Source: Alphaproteobacteria bacterium
Lineage (GTDB): Bacteria > Pseudomonadota > Alphaproteobacteria > Sphingomonadales > Kordiimonadaceae
DNA: 64,000 nucleotides
Direction: 5' to 3'
Assembly (NCBI GenBank): GCA_013372975.1
Contig: JABXIS010000044.1
Span: 40,959-104,958 of the forward strand
The notes below the pieces were generated by a model. It did no database searches. It saw nothing but the letters and a program-made list of their open reading frames with translations, and was not told the origin of the DNA. Both the position numbers and the translations under genes were made by a program. This document shows positions 32,972 to 42,463 of this stretch, piece by piece (within the stretch, counting starts at the first letter, position 1; each line of letters starts with the position of its first letter).

Positions 32972-33403
32972 TCAAGCAGGCCAATCCACCAGATGGTCCT
33001 CATAATCGCCAGCTTCGCGTTCATCCACATAACGTCCTTTAACGGAATGCCCCGCTTTATGGACGCTATTGGGGTCACCCGAAACCAGAGGATGCCATTC
33101 TGTCAGGTCTTTGCCTTCATATAGCAAGCGATAGGCGCATGTAGAGGGCATCCACGGAAGCTGCTCCAGAAGCGCAGGGCTCATCACCACGCAATTGCCC
33201 ACATATCTTTGACGGGTCAGATACTTGCCACAGCGGATGGTGTCCGCGTCCAGAAAGCGGCACGCCACTTCGGTGAAGTGAATCTCACCGGTATCTTCAT
33301 CCTCAAGCTTGTGAAGACAGCATTTGCCGCAGCCATCACACAGGGACTCCCATTCCTCCCGGGACATTTCCTGCAGGGATTTTTCTTTCCAGAACGCCAT
33401 CAA
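32972..33403 (-). CDS. YcgN-family cysteine-cluster protein
   Basis: WESLCDGCGKCCLHKL and WMPSTCAYR motifs. Confidence 0.92.
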   Translation of the reverse strand: MMAFWKEKSLQEMSREEWESLCDGCGKCCLHKLEDEDTGEIHFTEVACRFLDADTIRCGKYLTRQRYVGNCVVMSPALLEQLPWMPSTCAYRLLYEGKDLTEWHPLVSGDPNSVHKAGHSVKGRYVDEREAGDYEDHLVDWPA

Positions 33404-33411
33404 TTGCCCTT

Positions 33412-33993
33412 TTACAAAACTGGTTTCAGCGAAGCGGCCATATCCGCGGGCGTATCACGTGACGTGAAAATACGCTGATATTCCCCGTTTGGCCCCATCA
33501 CAAAGATCACGCTCTGGTGGTCCATCAGGTAACCATCCATGCCTTCCTGCAACCGTTTTTTATAATATACGCGATATTGTTTGGCTGCGGCAGCAATCTC
33601 TTCTGGTGTGCCTGTAAGCGCGATCAGGCTCGGGTGAAAGTCCACCACATAATCTGCCAGCGCCTCCACCGTATCGCGCTCTGGGTCCACGGAAATAAAC
33701 AGTGGCTGAAGTGTTGACGTATCCAGCCCTTCATTTTCCAACATCGTAAGCGCCGCCGACATCTTACCCAGCTCAATCGGGCAAACGTCCGGACAAAAAC
33801 TGTAGCCGAAATAAATCAGCATATATTTACCAAGAAAGTCGCGATTGGACACTGTTTCGCCAGTATGTGCTGTCAAGACAAAGGGACCGCCTGGGCCTTT
33901 AATGGTTTCCTGCCCACCCATATACCGCGTTGCCAAAATATATCCACCAATGACAACAACGGCCAACCAGGTCGCGATACGTATCACTTTCAT
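33412..33993 (-). CDS. SCO/SenC copper chaperone
   Basis: FGYSFCPDVCP (CxxxC) and MDHQS. Confidence 0.93.
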   Translation of the reverse strand: MKVIRIATWLAVVVIGGYILATRYMGGQETIKGPGGPFVLTAHTGETVSNRDFLGKYMLIYFGYSFCPDVCPIELGKMSAALTMLENEGLDTSTLQPLFISVDPERDTVEALADYVVDFHPSLIALTGTPEEIAAAAKQYRVYYKKRLQEGMDGYLMDHQSVIFVMGPNGEYQRIFTSRDTPADMAASLKPVL

Positions 33994-34144
33994 GCAACTT
34001 CTCCATAAATTGATCGTGCCCCGGTGCGTTTTTCATGGCATTGGGGTTGAGATCGCGCATGTCTTATAGAAATATGTGCGCACCATGTCACGGGTGAACG
34101 GCCCTTGTACGATTGACATGACATTTTTTTGATACGGAGTTTTC

Positions 34145-34717
34145 ATGTTTGCGTTGAAACGTTTTTTGATTGTCGCTGGCTTCACCTGCCTTCTCCTTCC
34201 GGTTTTTGGCATGGGCGCCGTCGCGCAATCACCTCAATATGAACTCCTTAAGGCAGTGGATAGCCAAGACATCAAAAAGGCAACGGAACTGCTGGCTCAA
34301 GGCATTTCGCCAGACACTCGCAGACGTTCAGACAGGTTCCCTGCACTTTTGATTGCCGTAGAAAAAAACAATATGGCGATGATGAAGCTTCTTCTGGATA
34401 ATGGCGCCAACGTCAATGTGGGCGACCCGGAACGTGGCGAAACAGCGCTCATGAAACGTGCATTGGCGGGCGACGTAAACGGAGTGCAGCTGCTACTGAG
34501 CTACGGCGCCGATGCTAACCGCGCCGATATTGGCCAGGAAACCGCACTTATGAAAGCCGTGCGAGCACGAAAATTCAAGATGGTACAAACATTACTCGAA
34601 GCAGGTGCAGACCCCAATGTTCAGGACTTCACTGGCAAAACTGCACTGGAATACGCCAAGTTGAGCCGCAATCGCCGTATGGTACGCCTTCTGGAAGACG
34701 CGGGGGCGACATATTAA
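34145..34717 (+). CDS. Secreted ankyrin-repeat protein
   Basis: Signal peptide; repeated GANVN/GETALM/QETALM/GKTAL units. Confidence 0.9.
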   Translation: MFALKRFLIVAGFTCLLLPVFGMGAVAQSPQYELLKAVDSQDIKKATELLAQGISPDTRRRSDRFPALLIAVEKNNMAMMKLLLDNGANVNVGDPERGETALMKRALAGDVNGVQLLLSYGADANRADIGQETALMKAVRARKFKMVQTLLEAGADPNVQDFTGKTALEYAKLSRNRRMVRLLEDAGATY

Positions 34718-34724
34718 CCATCAA

Positions 34725-35624
34725 TTGATCATAACAGGGGAAGCTTGGCCGTATTTTTTGATGATCTTCGGCCTTGCAATCTTGTTTGATCTTATCCTGG
34801 GCAGTAAACAGCTCGCAGGCTGGTTACCCAGCATCGACAAGATTTTCGTTGAATTCGCGTCCTTCTTCAAGCGAAAGCTGGACCGCACTAATCGTAGCAA
34901 TGGCGAAAGGTTTGTACGTGGCGTGATCGTAGTACTGGCGATCCTGCCGGCATTATTCCTTTTGGGGAAATGGCTGCTGCCTTTAAGCCTACAAAATGGC
35001 GTCACTGAGGCCATTTCGATGTTGGCATTGATGCCGTTGATTGGCCAACGCAAACATTGGGATAACCTGCTAGGCAAAGAAGATACGCCCGAACAGGAAG
35101 CGGCCACTCAATCCCTTGTCATCGGTTTCGCTGACAATATCATTGTCAATGGCATATTGTTCGCCGCGGGCGGCTTTGCACTCTTGTTGCCTTACAGGTT
35201 CTTGAGGGCACAAATATCATACACCCCCGCCGTATATGCAGAACGCCCTCAAAGCCCTTACCTGGCGCTAAGCTGGCGACTCGCTGAATTATTGGCGCTG
35301 GCTGGCAGTTTGTTGGCATCGTTCCTTTTAGCCCTGGCGCATATATTCATTCCCGGCACGAGACTTTCCGCTCTCATTGGCCTGTTCGCCTACAGGAATG
35401 CCGCGATGCCTTCCCGCTTCTGGCCGCTTTCGGTAGCGGCAAGGGGATTGGGCCTTTCTTTCCGATTTTCGGCAACCAAGGGTAAACAGTGGATTGGTGC
35501 AAATGAAGGACGGGCGCGTCAGAACAATAGTGACAGACGGCGCGTAGCGCTTCTTCTGGTTGCCGCCATGTTGCTCGCAATATTGGTATCGACCATGTTA
35601 TTGACAGCAACATTCACCCGGTAG
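34725..35624 (+). CDS. Divergent CobD/CbiB/AmpE-like membrane protein
   Basis: Multi-TM; DLILG...LERK-like N-terminus and GFADNII segment resemble the CbiB fold; TTG start. Confidence 0.55.
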   Translation: MIITGEAWPYFLMIFGLAILFDLILGSKQLAGWLPSIDKIFVEFASFFKRKLDRTNRSNGERFVRGVIVVLAILPALFLLGKWLLPLSLQNGVTEAISMLALMPLIGQRKHWDNLLGKEDTPEQEAATQSLVIGFADNIIVNGILFAAGGFALLLPYRFLRAQISYTPAVYAERPQSPYLALSWRLAELLALAGSLLASFLLALAHIFIPGTRLSALIGLFAYRNAAMPSRFWPLSVAARGLGLSFRFSATKGKQWIGANEGRARQNNSDRRRVALLLVAAMLLAILVSTMLLTATFTR

Positions 35625-35640
35625 CACAGGGAAGATTGAC

Positions 35641-36990
35641 ATGCCGAACACGCACCCATCTTTCACCAATGAGCCGGCCATATTGGCGCCCGAACTGGCA
35701 GATGCAGGCGGCGTTCGGCTGGGAACCCTGGTGCTGATCCGCTGGATGGCTGTGGCTGGGCAATTGCTTGCATTGGCAGTCGTACATTTTGGCATGAACT
35801 TCGATGTTCGACCGGGCCTTACTGTGCCCGTAGTCCTGGCATCCGCTGCACTCAATCTCTGGTTCACGCTGAAGGGCGATCCCAATGTGCGTCTCAATGA
35901 AAGACAATCTGCCGCGCATCTGGCATTTGATCTGTTCCACCTTGCGGCACTCCTTTTCACTACAGGTGGCCTTTCCAACCCATTTGCCATGCTGCTGCTA
36001 GCACCTGTTGGGGTGTCATCTTCGATTCTCAGTCAGCGCAGCACGAAGTTTCTGATCGGGCTTTCCCTTATTCTTGTTACGGCGCTGGCCGTCACACCTT
36101 TTGATTTGCCGTGGAACGGTAGCCCACCCGCTATTCCTGACACACTTGCTGCTGGCATTTGGATCAGCTTGTGTTTCACCCTCATATTCCTTGCACTCTT
36201 TATGGCGCGTGTAGGGCACGAAGGTCGTAGCCATGCGCGCGCCCTCGCGGCAACGCAGGTTGCCCTTGAAAGAGAGCAGCGATTGTCCGCCCTTGGTACT
36301 CTTGCCGCTGCCGCTGCACACGAGCTGGGAACGCCGCTGGGCACCATCATGCTGGCATCAAAAGAAATGCTCACGCACTGGGACGGAGACGATCTAGGCA
36401 AAGCTGATCTGGAATTGATTGTATCAGAAACGGCGCGATGCCGCGACATCCTGGCGGAACTGAGGAAACACCGGCAAGCGGGGGATAGTAATCATTTTGT
36501 TCTAGTAGAATTTGAGGCCTTGCTCCGCGAGGCTGCAGCGCCCCATGAAAATCGAGGAGTGACGGTCAACTATCTTGCAGCGGGCGACGGCATATTGAAG
36601 GTCAGGCGAGGCCCTGATCTTGTGCATGCCATCCGCAACATGGTTGAGAATGCAACAGGATATGCGCGGTCGACCGTCCAGGTCAGCGCTGGGTGGGACG
36701 ACGAGGCAATATCTGTTTCCATCTCCGATGACGGGCCCGGCTTTGACCCGCAGATCGTCAAGCGGCTGGGAGAGCCATATGTATCCACCCGCCAACCTAC
36801 TCCTGGCAAGGATGGCGGGCTGGGCCTTGGACTTTTTATTGCGAAAACGTTGCTTGAGCGATCCGGGGCCACTATTACGTTTGAGAATAATTCTGCAGGC
36901 GGCGCCCAAATTTTGATTGAATGGCCCCGCAACGCTCTTGAAGCAGCAACACAAGCTCCGGTAAAAAAAGAGCAGACCAATAGAGATTAA
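35641..36990 (+). CDS. regB: Redox sensor histidine kinase RegB/PrrB/ActS
   Basis: GGLSNPF quinone motif, AAHELGTPL H-box, CRDIL redox Cys, DDGPGF and GLGLF. Confidence 0.96.
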   Translation: MPNTHPSFTNEPAILAPELADAGGVRLGTLVLIRWMAVAGQLLALAVVHFGMNFDVRPGLTVPVVLASAALNLWFTLKGDPNVRLNERQSAAHLAFDLFHLAALLFTTGGLSNPFAMLLLAPVGVSSSILSQRSTKFLIGLSLILVTALAVTPFDLPWNGSPPAIPDTLAAGIWISLCFTLIFLALFMARVGHEGRSHARALAATQVALEREQRLSALGTLAAAAAHELGTPLGTIMLASKEMLTHWDGDDLGKADLELIVSETARCRDILAELRKHRQAGDSNHFVLVEFEALLREAAAPHENRGVTVNYLAAGDGILKVRRGPDLVHAIRNMVENATGYARSTVQVSAGWDDEAISVSISDDGPGFDPQIVKRLGEPYVSTRQPTPGKDGGLGLGLFIAKTLLERSGATITFENNSAGGAQILIEWPRNALEAATQAPVKKEQTNRD

Positions 36991-37000
36991 GGACTCTGAT

Positions 37001-37546
37001 ATGGCGGATGGTAACGATCAAACAAAAAAACGCCTGCTGGTCGTCGAGGACGATAAAGCATTCCGTGGCAGACTGGCGCTGTCGATGGAACGCCGGGGTT
37101 TCGAAGTATTTGCGGCAGAAGGCATTGAAGAAGGCGCCAGGCTGGCGGCGGCTGAAAAGCCGGAATATGCTGTAATCGATATGCGGCTGGAAGATGGCAA
37201 TGGTTTGGACCTTGTGCCAGAACTTCGCCAAATAAATGCTGATATGCGAATTGTGATCCTCACAGGCTACGGGAATATTGCGAGCGCGGTAGCTGCAGTA
37301 AAGGCCGGCGCCGTTGACTATCTGGCAAAACCTGCGGATCCGGATCTTATTGCCAATACGTTGCTTTCAACGGAAGGTACTCTGCCTCCACCACCGGAAA
37401 ACCCCATGTCTGCAGATCGGGTGAAATGGGAGCATATTCAGCGTGTGTATGAAATGTGTGACCGCAATGTTTCCGAAACTGCGCGGCGGCTGAATATGCA
37501 CAGGCGTACGCTGCAGCGCATATTGGCAAAACGATCACCGCAATAG
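37001..37546 (+). CDS. regA: Response regulator RegA/PrrA/ActR
   Basis: PPENPMSADRVKWEHIQRVYEMCDRNVSETARRLNMHRRTLQRILAKR. Confidence 0.98.
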   Translation: MADGNDQTKKRLLVVEDDKAFRGRLALSMERRGFEVFAAEGIEEGARLAAAEKPEYAVIDMRLEDGNGLDLVPELRQINADMRIVILTGYGNIASAVAAVKAGAVDYLAKPADPDLIANTLLSTEGTLPPPPENPMSADRVKWEHIQRVYEMCDRNVSETARRLNMHRRTLQRILAKRSPQ

Positions 37547-38869
37547 TTACAATTCCGCCTCTGGTGCGACAGCACGACCCTGAAACAGGGTTATGCCCAT
37601 CAAATGGCCAAGGTCAATATCGCCTGGCTCGTGACATCCATCAAGAATGACACGCGCCTGGCCTACTCGATCAACTTTGCGGTGAATAGCGTCTTCTGTG
37701 TCATCTCGCAACCAATCAGCCACCGCGCCCTCAGGCTTCACCAGCTTTACAAAAGATCCCCGAAACTTTTCATATTCGATTGCCAGAAACGAGAGCGGAT
37801 GAAGATCTGCGATTGAGATTCTGTATCCCAAATCCATGACTTTGCTGCTAGCCATATCGTAGGCCACAGGGTTCGCAATGATATCAACCGCACCAAATTC
37901 CAGTACGATCTTTGATCGCGGGGCAACGCCAACAGACTCATCAAATTGGGTGAATGAATCGGACAAAACAGCAGCGGCAGTCACCCGGATGCTGGATGCC
38001 AACGAATTTTCATTCGACATGGTGGGAGTGGAAGCCAAAACACGCTTGGCAATATAATCTTCCAGATACCCATCCAGCCAGCGATTCGCACCGAGAACAC
38101 GGCCCTTCAGCAATACTTCATACAGCAGGCGGCGCGGTATCCACTTATGGATAAGGACCGGCATCATCTCGCCCTCGCCAATGATTGCCATGATCGACTG
38201 TTTCCTGAGCTGGCCCGCGATATCGGCGCCATGCAACGCCTTGGTAATTGCCAACAATAGGTCGGGGTCAAGTTCCCGGTCCTCAAAGGTATGGGCGGGA
38301 GCATCAATAGGCATCATCCGCACATGACGTCGCGGTGCCTTAACAGGCGCAGACGGAATGTTTTCCGGTTTATTCAGAATACCAGTCTTGGACTTCGGAG
38401 CCTTGACCTCGAAGGCATCTTCCTTGTCATCCCGAAACTCGGCCCCTGCTTCAAGGGCCACGGAAAGCCGCTCGACATAGGTCATGAAACCTTGGAAATC
38501 TTTTTCCAGGTCAAACCAGGAAACGAAATCGTCATTAACACCTTGAATAGGGTCCAAGCTTGCAATCAAGGACGATTGACGCATTTTGCGGCGAATATTA
38601 TTCAGCGGCGGGTCGATATCATCAACCGAAGCATCCTTCACGATCATCACAATATCGGTGTTAGGAAGCGAGAAAATAGTCGCACCAAACTTCGTGACCA
38701 AGCCACGCAAGGCCGATGCCGAAAAGATACGGTAGTGCTCCTGTTGAAACTCCCGCTCAAGTGCAGACAGCTTCACATGGACGGCGCGGCGACCTTCGCC
38801 ATGACGGCGAAGCCCTCGCACATAGTCAACCATGCGCTCAACCGAACTGTTTTTTGTGCTCACGTTCAA
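37547..38869 (-). CDS. Soluble protein with degenerate EAL-like C-terminal domain
   Basis: KQSI, IVLEF and GITLFQGR positions align with the EAL fold, but EAL and DDFG motifs are absent; no TM segment. Confidence 0.6.
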   Translation of the reverse strand: MNVSTKNSSVERMVDYVRGLRRHGEGRRAVHVKLSALEREFQQEHYRIFSASALRGLVTKFGATIFSLPNTDIVMIVKDASVDDIDPPLNNIRRKMRQSSLIASLDPIQGVNDDFVSWFDLEKDFQGFMTYVERLSVALEAGAEFRDDKEDAFEVKAPKSKTGILNKPENIPSAPVKAPRRHVRMMPIDAPAHTFEDRELDPDLLLAITKALHGADIAGQLRKQSIMAIIGEGEMMPVLIHKWIPRRLLYEVLLKGRVLGANRWLDGYLEDYIAKRVLASTPTMSNENSLASSIRVTAAAVLSDSFTQFDESVGVAPRSKIVLEFGAVDIIANPVAYDMASSKVMDLGYRISIADLHPLSFLAIEYEKFRGSFVKLVKPEGAVADWLRDDTEDAIHRKVDRVGQARVILDGCHEPGDIDLGHLMGITLFQGRAVAPEAEL

Positions 38870-38916
38870 TCAGATCCCATACAAATTGGCGCTAATTAAA
38901 GAATAAATACATTAAT

Positions 38917-39726
38917 TTACCGTGAAAAACGCTTCACCTGATGCAACCACCAACCGCCTTCATTTATCGAATAAACAGGCCTGTAATGCAAAATCTGTGT
39001 GTGAGGCAATACGGAATCAATCTGATTATCAAGAATATAGGTTTCGCCGTCCAATTCGACCGAAAGAACGGCATGTGCAACCCGCAAATTCTCGTCCTGC
39101 AATATCACCAACCTCATATTGTCAGCAGGCAGGCCGAGGCGCTTCAGCGTGATATATTTGCTGATTGCATAATCTTCACAGTCGCCATCTTTCAGGAAGA
39201 ATTCATCAGGTGTCGCCCAATAGTCGGGGATACCCCAGTTTACAGGGTCAACGATATAGGGGGATTTATTCATATAATCATTGACCGCTGACAGGAGATC
39301 CACACCTTCACTGTCTGAATGACTTTCTATAAAAGCGTTCCAAGCATCGCGGCCACATTGGATACGGGCAAGACCTCGACAGGGCGGCCCCTTGACAGGC
39401 ACGGCATCCGGGTCTTCCTCTTTTCGGGGCAAATTATGACGCCGCCACATCTCGGTCCACTTATCAAACGATTTCATATTCTTTGAAGGTATTTCTCGGC
39501 TGCCAAACAGCCCTTCCGAAACAAGTTTTGCTGACACGGGCGCGGCGGCAAATACAGAGGCCCCAAACGCAAGCATCACCACAAAAACTTTGTCTCTCCA
39601 ACCTTTCATGTCATCCTTCATCATCGTTTTCAGCTGGTACAATCCCAATGCCCAAACCCCAAAGACGGGGAAAAACATTTGAGCTTCCCTACATTCTGTT
39701 CCAACATAGTGTCCTGTCTGGAACAC
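38917..39726 (-). CDS. Periplasmic transglutaminase-like cysteine protease (LapG/BTLCP)
   Basis: GDCEDYAISK (Cys), AHAVL (His) and LDNQ (Asp); signal peptide; true start probably downstream at MMKDD/MKGW. Confidence 0.92.
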   Translation of the reverse strand: MFQTGHYVGTECREAQMFFPVFGVWALGLYQLKTMMKDDMKGWRDKVFVVMLAFGASVFAAAPVSAKLVSEGLFGSREIPSKNMKSFDKWTEMWRRHNLPRKEEDPDAVPVKGPPCRGLARIQCGRDAWNAFIESHSDSEGVDLLSAVNDYMNKSPYIVDPVNWGIPDYWATPDEFFLKDGDCEDYAISKYITLKRLGLPADNMRLVILQDENLRVAHAVLSVELDGETYILDNQIDSVLPHTQILHYRPVYSINEGGWWLHQVKRFSR

Positions 39727-39829
39727 GCCAAGCCTAATGGCAATGTGTCACCAGAATTTTAATGTTGCCACCATTGAAACAGGCGGATGGTGTGCGTGAA
39801 AAGACCTTAGGGGCAGGGGCACAAAAGAT

Positions 39830-41890
39830 ATGGCAGACGCCAGGCAATCCGGTAAATCCGTTCTCGCTGCAGCAGGTGCAATCTTTGCGGTTGCGGCGAT
39901 TGGCTTTTTTCTGATCTTTCGCTTTGCTCAATCCGAGGCCGAACAGAACCTTTTACGCTGGCAGGACAGACTCAATCTTGTTGCGGACAGCCGCAATCTT
40001 GATGTTTCCTCCTGGCTGAACAAACACATTGGCAGCGTTGAGGAATTGGCTGGCGACGCAACCATTCAACTCTATGCAAGCCAAGCAGCCAACACCGACA
40101 GTGAATTTGCCGAAGGACAAAGAGGGTATGTCTTTTCCCTCCTCACTGCAGCGGCGGAACGTGAAGGATTTCATGAACAGCGGGCGATTGATGAGGTTGC
40201 CGCGAATATAAAACGCCCACAAAGGGCTGGGTTGGCGCTATTGCGGGGGGACGGTCGTCCACTGGTTGCAACAGCTGGCATGCCCATACTGCGCCCGGGC
40301 GAATGGCCTGCTGATGCGCGTGGTTCCTTCGTTGCCTTGGGCCCTCGCCTCGAAGACAAGACACCTCTTGTTCTGTTTGGAGCACGCGTAACAGGCGACG
40401 CCATGAACGCCCCAACAGAAGAAGACATCTGGGTGGTTGGCGCCCGTCCACTGAATGAAGATTTTCTGACCACCTTGGAACAGCCGGGCGCGGCCAGTAA
40501 AACCGCTGAAACATATCTCGTGGTACCACAGGAAGGCGATGTCATCATTCCCCTGACCCCTTTGAAAAAAGGAGGGCGCATCGGTGACCCCCGTGTCGAC
40601 GAAGCTGCAGCGTTTGCAGCACGTGAACCAGGCGGGTTTGGTCGTCATCAAAATTATGCCGACGTAGAAGTTCTGGTTACTGGTAGAGAGCTGACAGCAC
40701 CTGTCCCATGGATACTTGTCCGCACAATCAATGCAGATGAAGCCATGGCTGAAATAAATGAACGCCGGAACAGCTTGATCATTACGCTCTCGCTTGCAGC
40801 ACTATTTGTTATAGCGGCACTTGTCATGGTTTGGCGGCATGGTGTGTCGCAGCGATTGGCTGCATCCTATGCAGAACAAGCGTCTTTATCCCAGAAGAAT
40901 GAAGCCCTCAGCCGGTTCCTGCAATCTGTCAGTGATAGCCAGCCTACAGCCATTGCCGCACTCGATGCGGATATGAAGGTTCATTTCGCCAACAAACGGC
41001 TGGGTGATGTAGCGGGCCTTCCGGTAGAAGACTTACGCGCTCGCCGCCTGGATACAGCGTTCCCTAGCGAAGTCGCAGATACTCTTCGGGTTGCAGCTCA
41101 GGAAGCAAGTAGCGGTAAGGAGAGCAGCAGCCACCTCAAACTCACGCAGGGTGGTGAAGAGCGCACTTTCCAGACCCAGATGCTACCTCTCCAGGCAGAA
41201 GGGGACAGCACGGCTTCCACTCTTCTGGTGATGCAAGACATTTCCAGCCTTGTGGCTGCGAAGGAGCAGTCTGAAACCCTGTTCAAACAGTTGGTCAGCA
41301 CGCTCACACAGATCATCGATGCCCGCGATCCATGGAGCAAAGAACATTCCAGCCGTGTGGCCGATGTGGCCTATACAATCGCTGAAGAAATGGGCTGGGA
41401 TAAAGACGGGATTGAAAGCGTCCGGATCGCCGGTCAACTTGTGAATTTGGGCAAAATTTTTGTCCCATCAAGCATTTTGACTAAACAAACACCTCTTACA
41501 GACGAAGAATTGGCCCTTGTCAGGGACAGCATGCAAAAAGGCGCCACCCTCGTTGCAGGGCTGGACTTCAAAGGGCCAGTAGCGGCAATCCTGGGCCAGA
41601 TGAGGGAACACTGGGATGGCAGTGGTGAACCGGCTGGTCTTACAGACGAAAAAATCGAGCCCGGCGCGCGCATTCTAAGCGTGGCGAATGCCTTTGTGGG
41701 CATGGTCTCGGCGCGAGCTCACCGTTCTGGCCTCGGCTTTGACAAAGCAATGGACATTTTGAACGGCGATGCTGGCAAACGTTATGAGCGCCGTACTGTT
41801 GCAGCCCTTCAGAACATTCTGGAAAATAAAGGCGGACGGGATCGCTGGCAGCCCTATACAACCTTGCCCGAGCAGGATGAGAATACCTGA
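39830..41890 (+). CDS. Inner-membrane Cache-PAS-HD-GYP protein, catalytically degenerate
   Basis: Two TMs flank a periplasmic domain, then PAS, then HD-GYP fold with HD>VN, HHE>MRE, GYP>GEP, AD>AN; RAHR retained. Confidence 0.85.
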   Translation: MADARQSGKSVLAAAGAIFAVAAIGFFLIFRFAQSEAEQNLLRWQDRLNLVADSRNLDVSSWLNKHIGSVEELAGDATIQLYASQAANTDSEFAEGQRGYVFSLLTAAAEREGFHEQRAIDEVAANIKRPQRAGLALLRGDGRPLVATAGMPILRPGEWPADARGSFVALGPRLEDKTPLVLFGARVTGDAMNAPTEEDIWVVGARPLNEDFLTTLEQPGAASKTAETYLVVPQEGDVIIPLTPLKKGGRIGDPRVDEAAAFAAREPGGFGRHQNYADVEVLVTGRELTAPVPWILVRTINADEAMAEINERRNSLIITLSLAALFVIAALVMVWRHGVSQRLAASYAEQASLSQKNEALSRFLQSVSDSQPTAIAALDADMKVHFANKRLGDVAGLPVEDLRARRLDTAFPSEVADTLRVAAQEASSGKESSSHLKLTQGGEERTFQTQMLPLQAEGDSTASTLLVMQDISSLVAAKEQSETLFKQLVSTLTQIIDARDPWSKEHSSRVADVAYTIAEEMGWDKDGIESVRIAGQLVNLGKIFVPSSILTKQTPLTDEELALVRDSMQKGATLVAGLDFKGPVAAILGQMREHWDGSGEPAGLTDEKIEPGARILSVANAFVGMVSARAHRSGLGFDKAMDILNGDAGKRYERRTVAALQNILENKGGRDRWQPYTTLPEQDENT

Positions 41891-41894
41891 TCCA

Positions 41895-42362
41895 CTAGGG
41901 AATGAGCCGAATTTGCACAGAAGCAAGGCGTAGTGCTGCCGCTCTGGCTGCCATCAGCGTTAGCGTTTTTCGCCTTGTCGGATTCACTTTTCGCATTGCC
42001 GCGGGCCTCAGGATATCCGCTCCATACGCGTCACCAACTATCACCCCCGCAATATCCGGCAAGCTTTCTGGTGCGTCCAGCAGCTCACGCGGGAAAGATG
42101 CATCCACCGCAAAATAGAATTCGTCGCAATATTCCAGATAGTCCTGCCATTTATTGTCAGCCCTGAAATCTGCCGGGCCAGACTTTACCTCGACAACGAC
42201 AGCCTTGCCACGTCTATCCAGACCCAAAATATCTACACGCCTGCCATTGGTAAGGCTCACCTCGGGAATGGGGGCATATCCCAATTCCATAAGCAACCGC
42301 ATAGCCCCGCGCGTGATATCCGGCGTCGTTGTGTTAACTGTATTAATACTTTCTTGTCGCAT
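41895..42362 (-). CDS. mmcB: DNA repair endonuclease MmcB family
   Basis: EVSLTNGRRVDI, VEVKSGPADF..D.KW.DYLEYCD motifs; LexA box upstream. Confidence 0.9.
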   Translation of the reverse strand: MRQESINTVNTTTPDITRGAMRLLMELGYAPIPEVSLTNGRRVDILGLDRRGKAVVVEVKSGPADFRADNKWQDYLEYCDEFYFAVDASFPRELLDAPESLPDIAGVIVGDAYGADILRPAAMRKVNPTRRKTLTLMAARAAALRLASVQIRLIP

Positions 42363-42424
42363 CGATTGGCCCTCTGGCTTGAGGCAAAAGCATGCAGAGG
42401 GTGGATTTTGAAATCAAGGAAATA

Positions 42425-42439
42425 GAACAAAAAGCGAAC
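42425..42439 (-). promoter_or_regulatory. Alphaproteobacterial LexA (SOS) box
   Basis: GAAC-aaaaagc-GAAC (GTTC-N7-GTTC on the mmcB strand), 62 nt upstream of mmcB. Confidence 0.85.
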
Positions 42440-42463
42440 AAATGTCCAGAAAACGGAAAGAAA

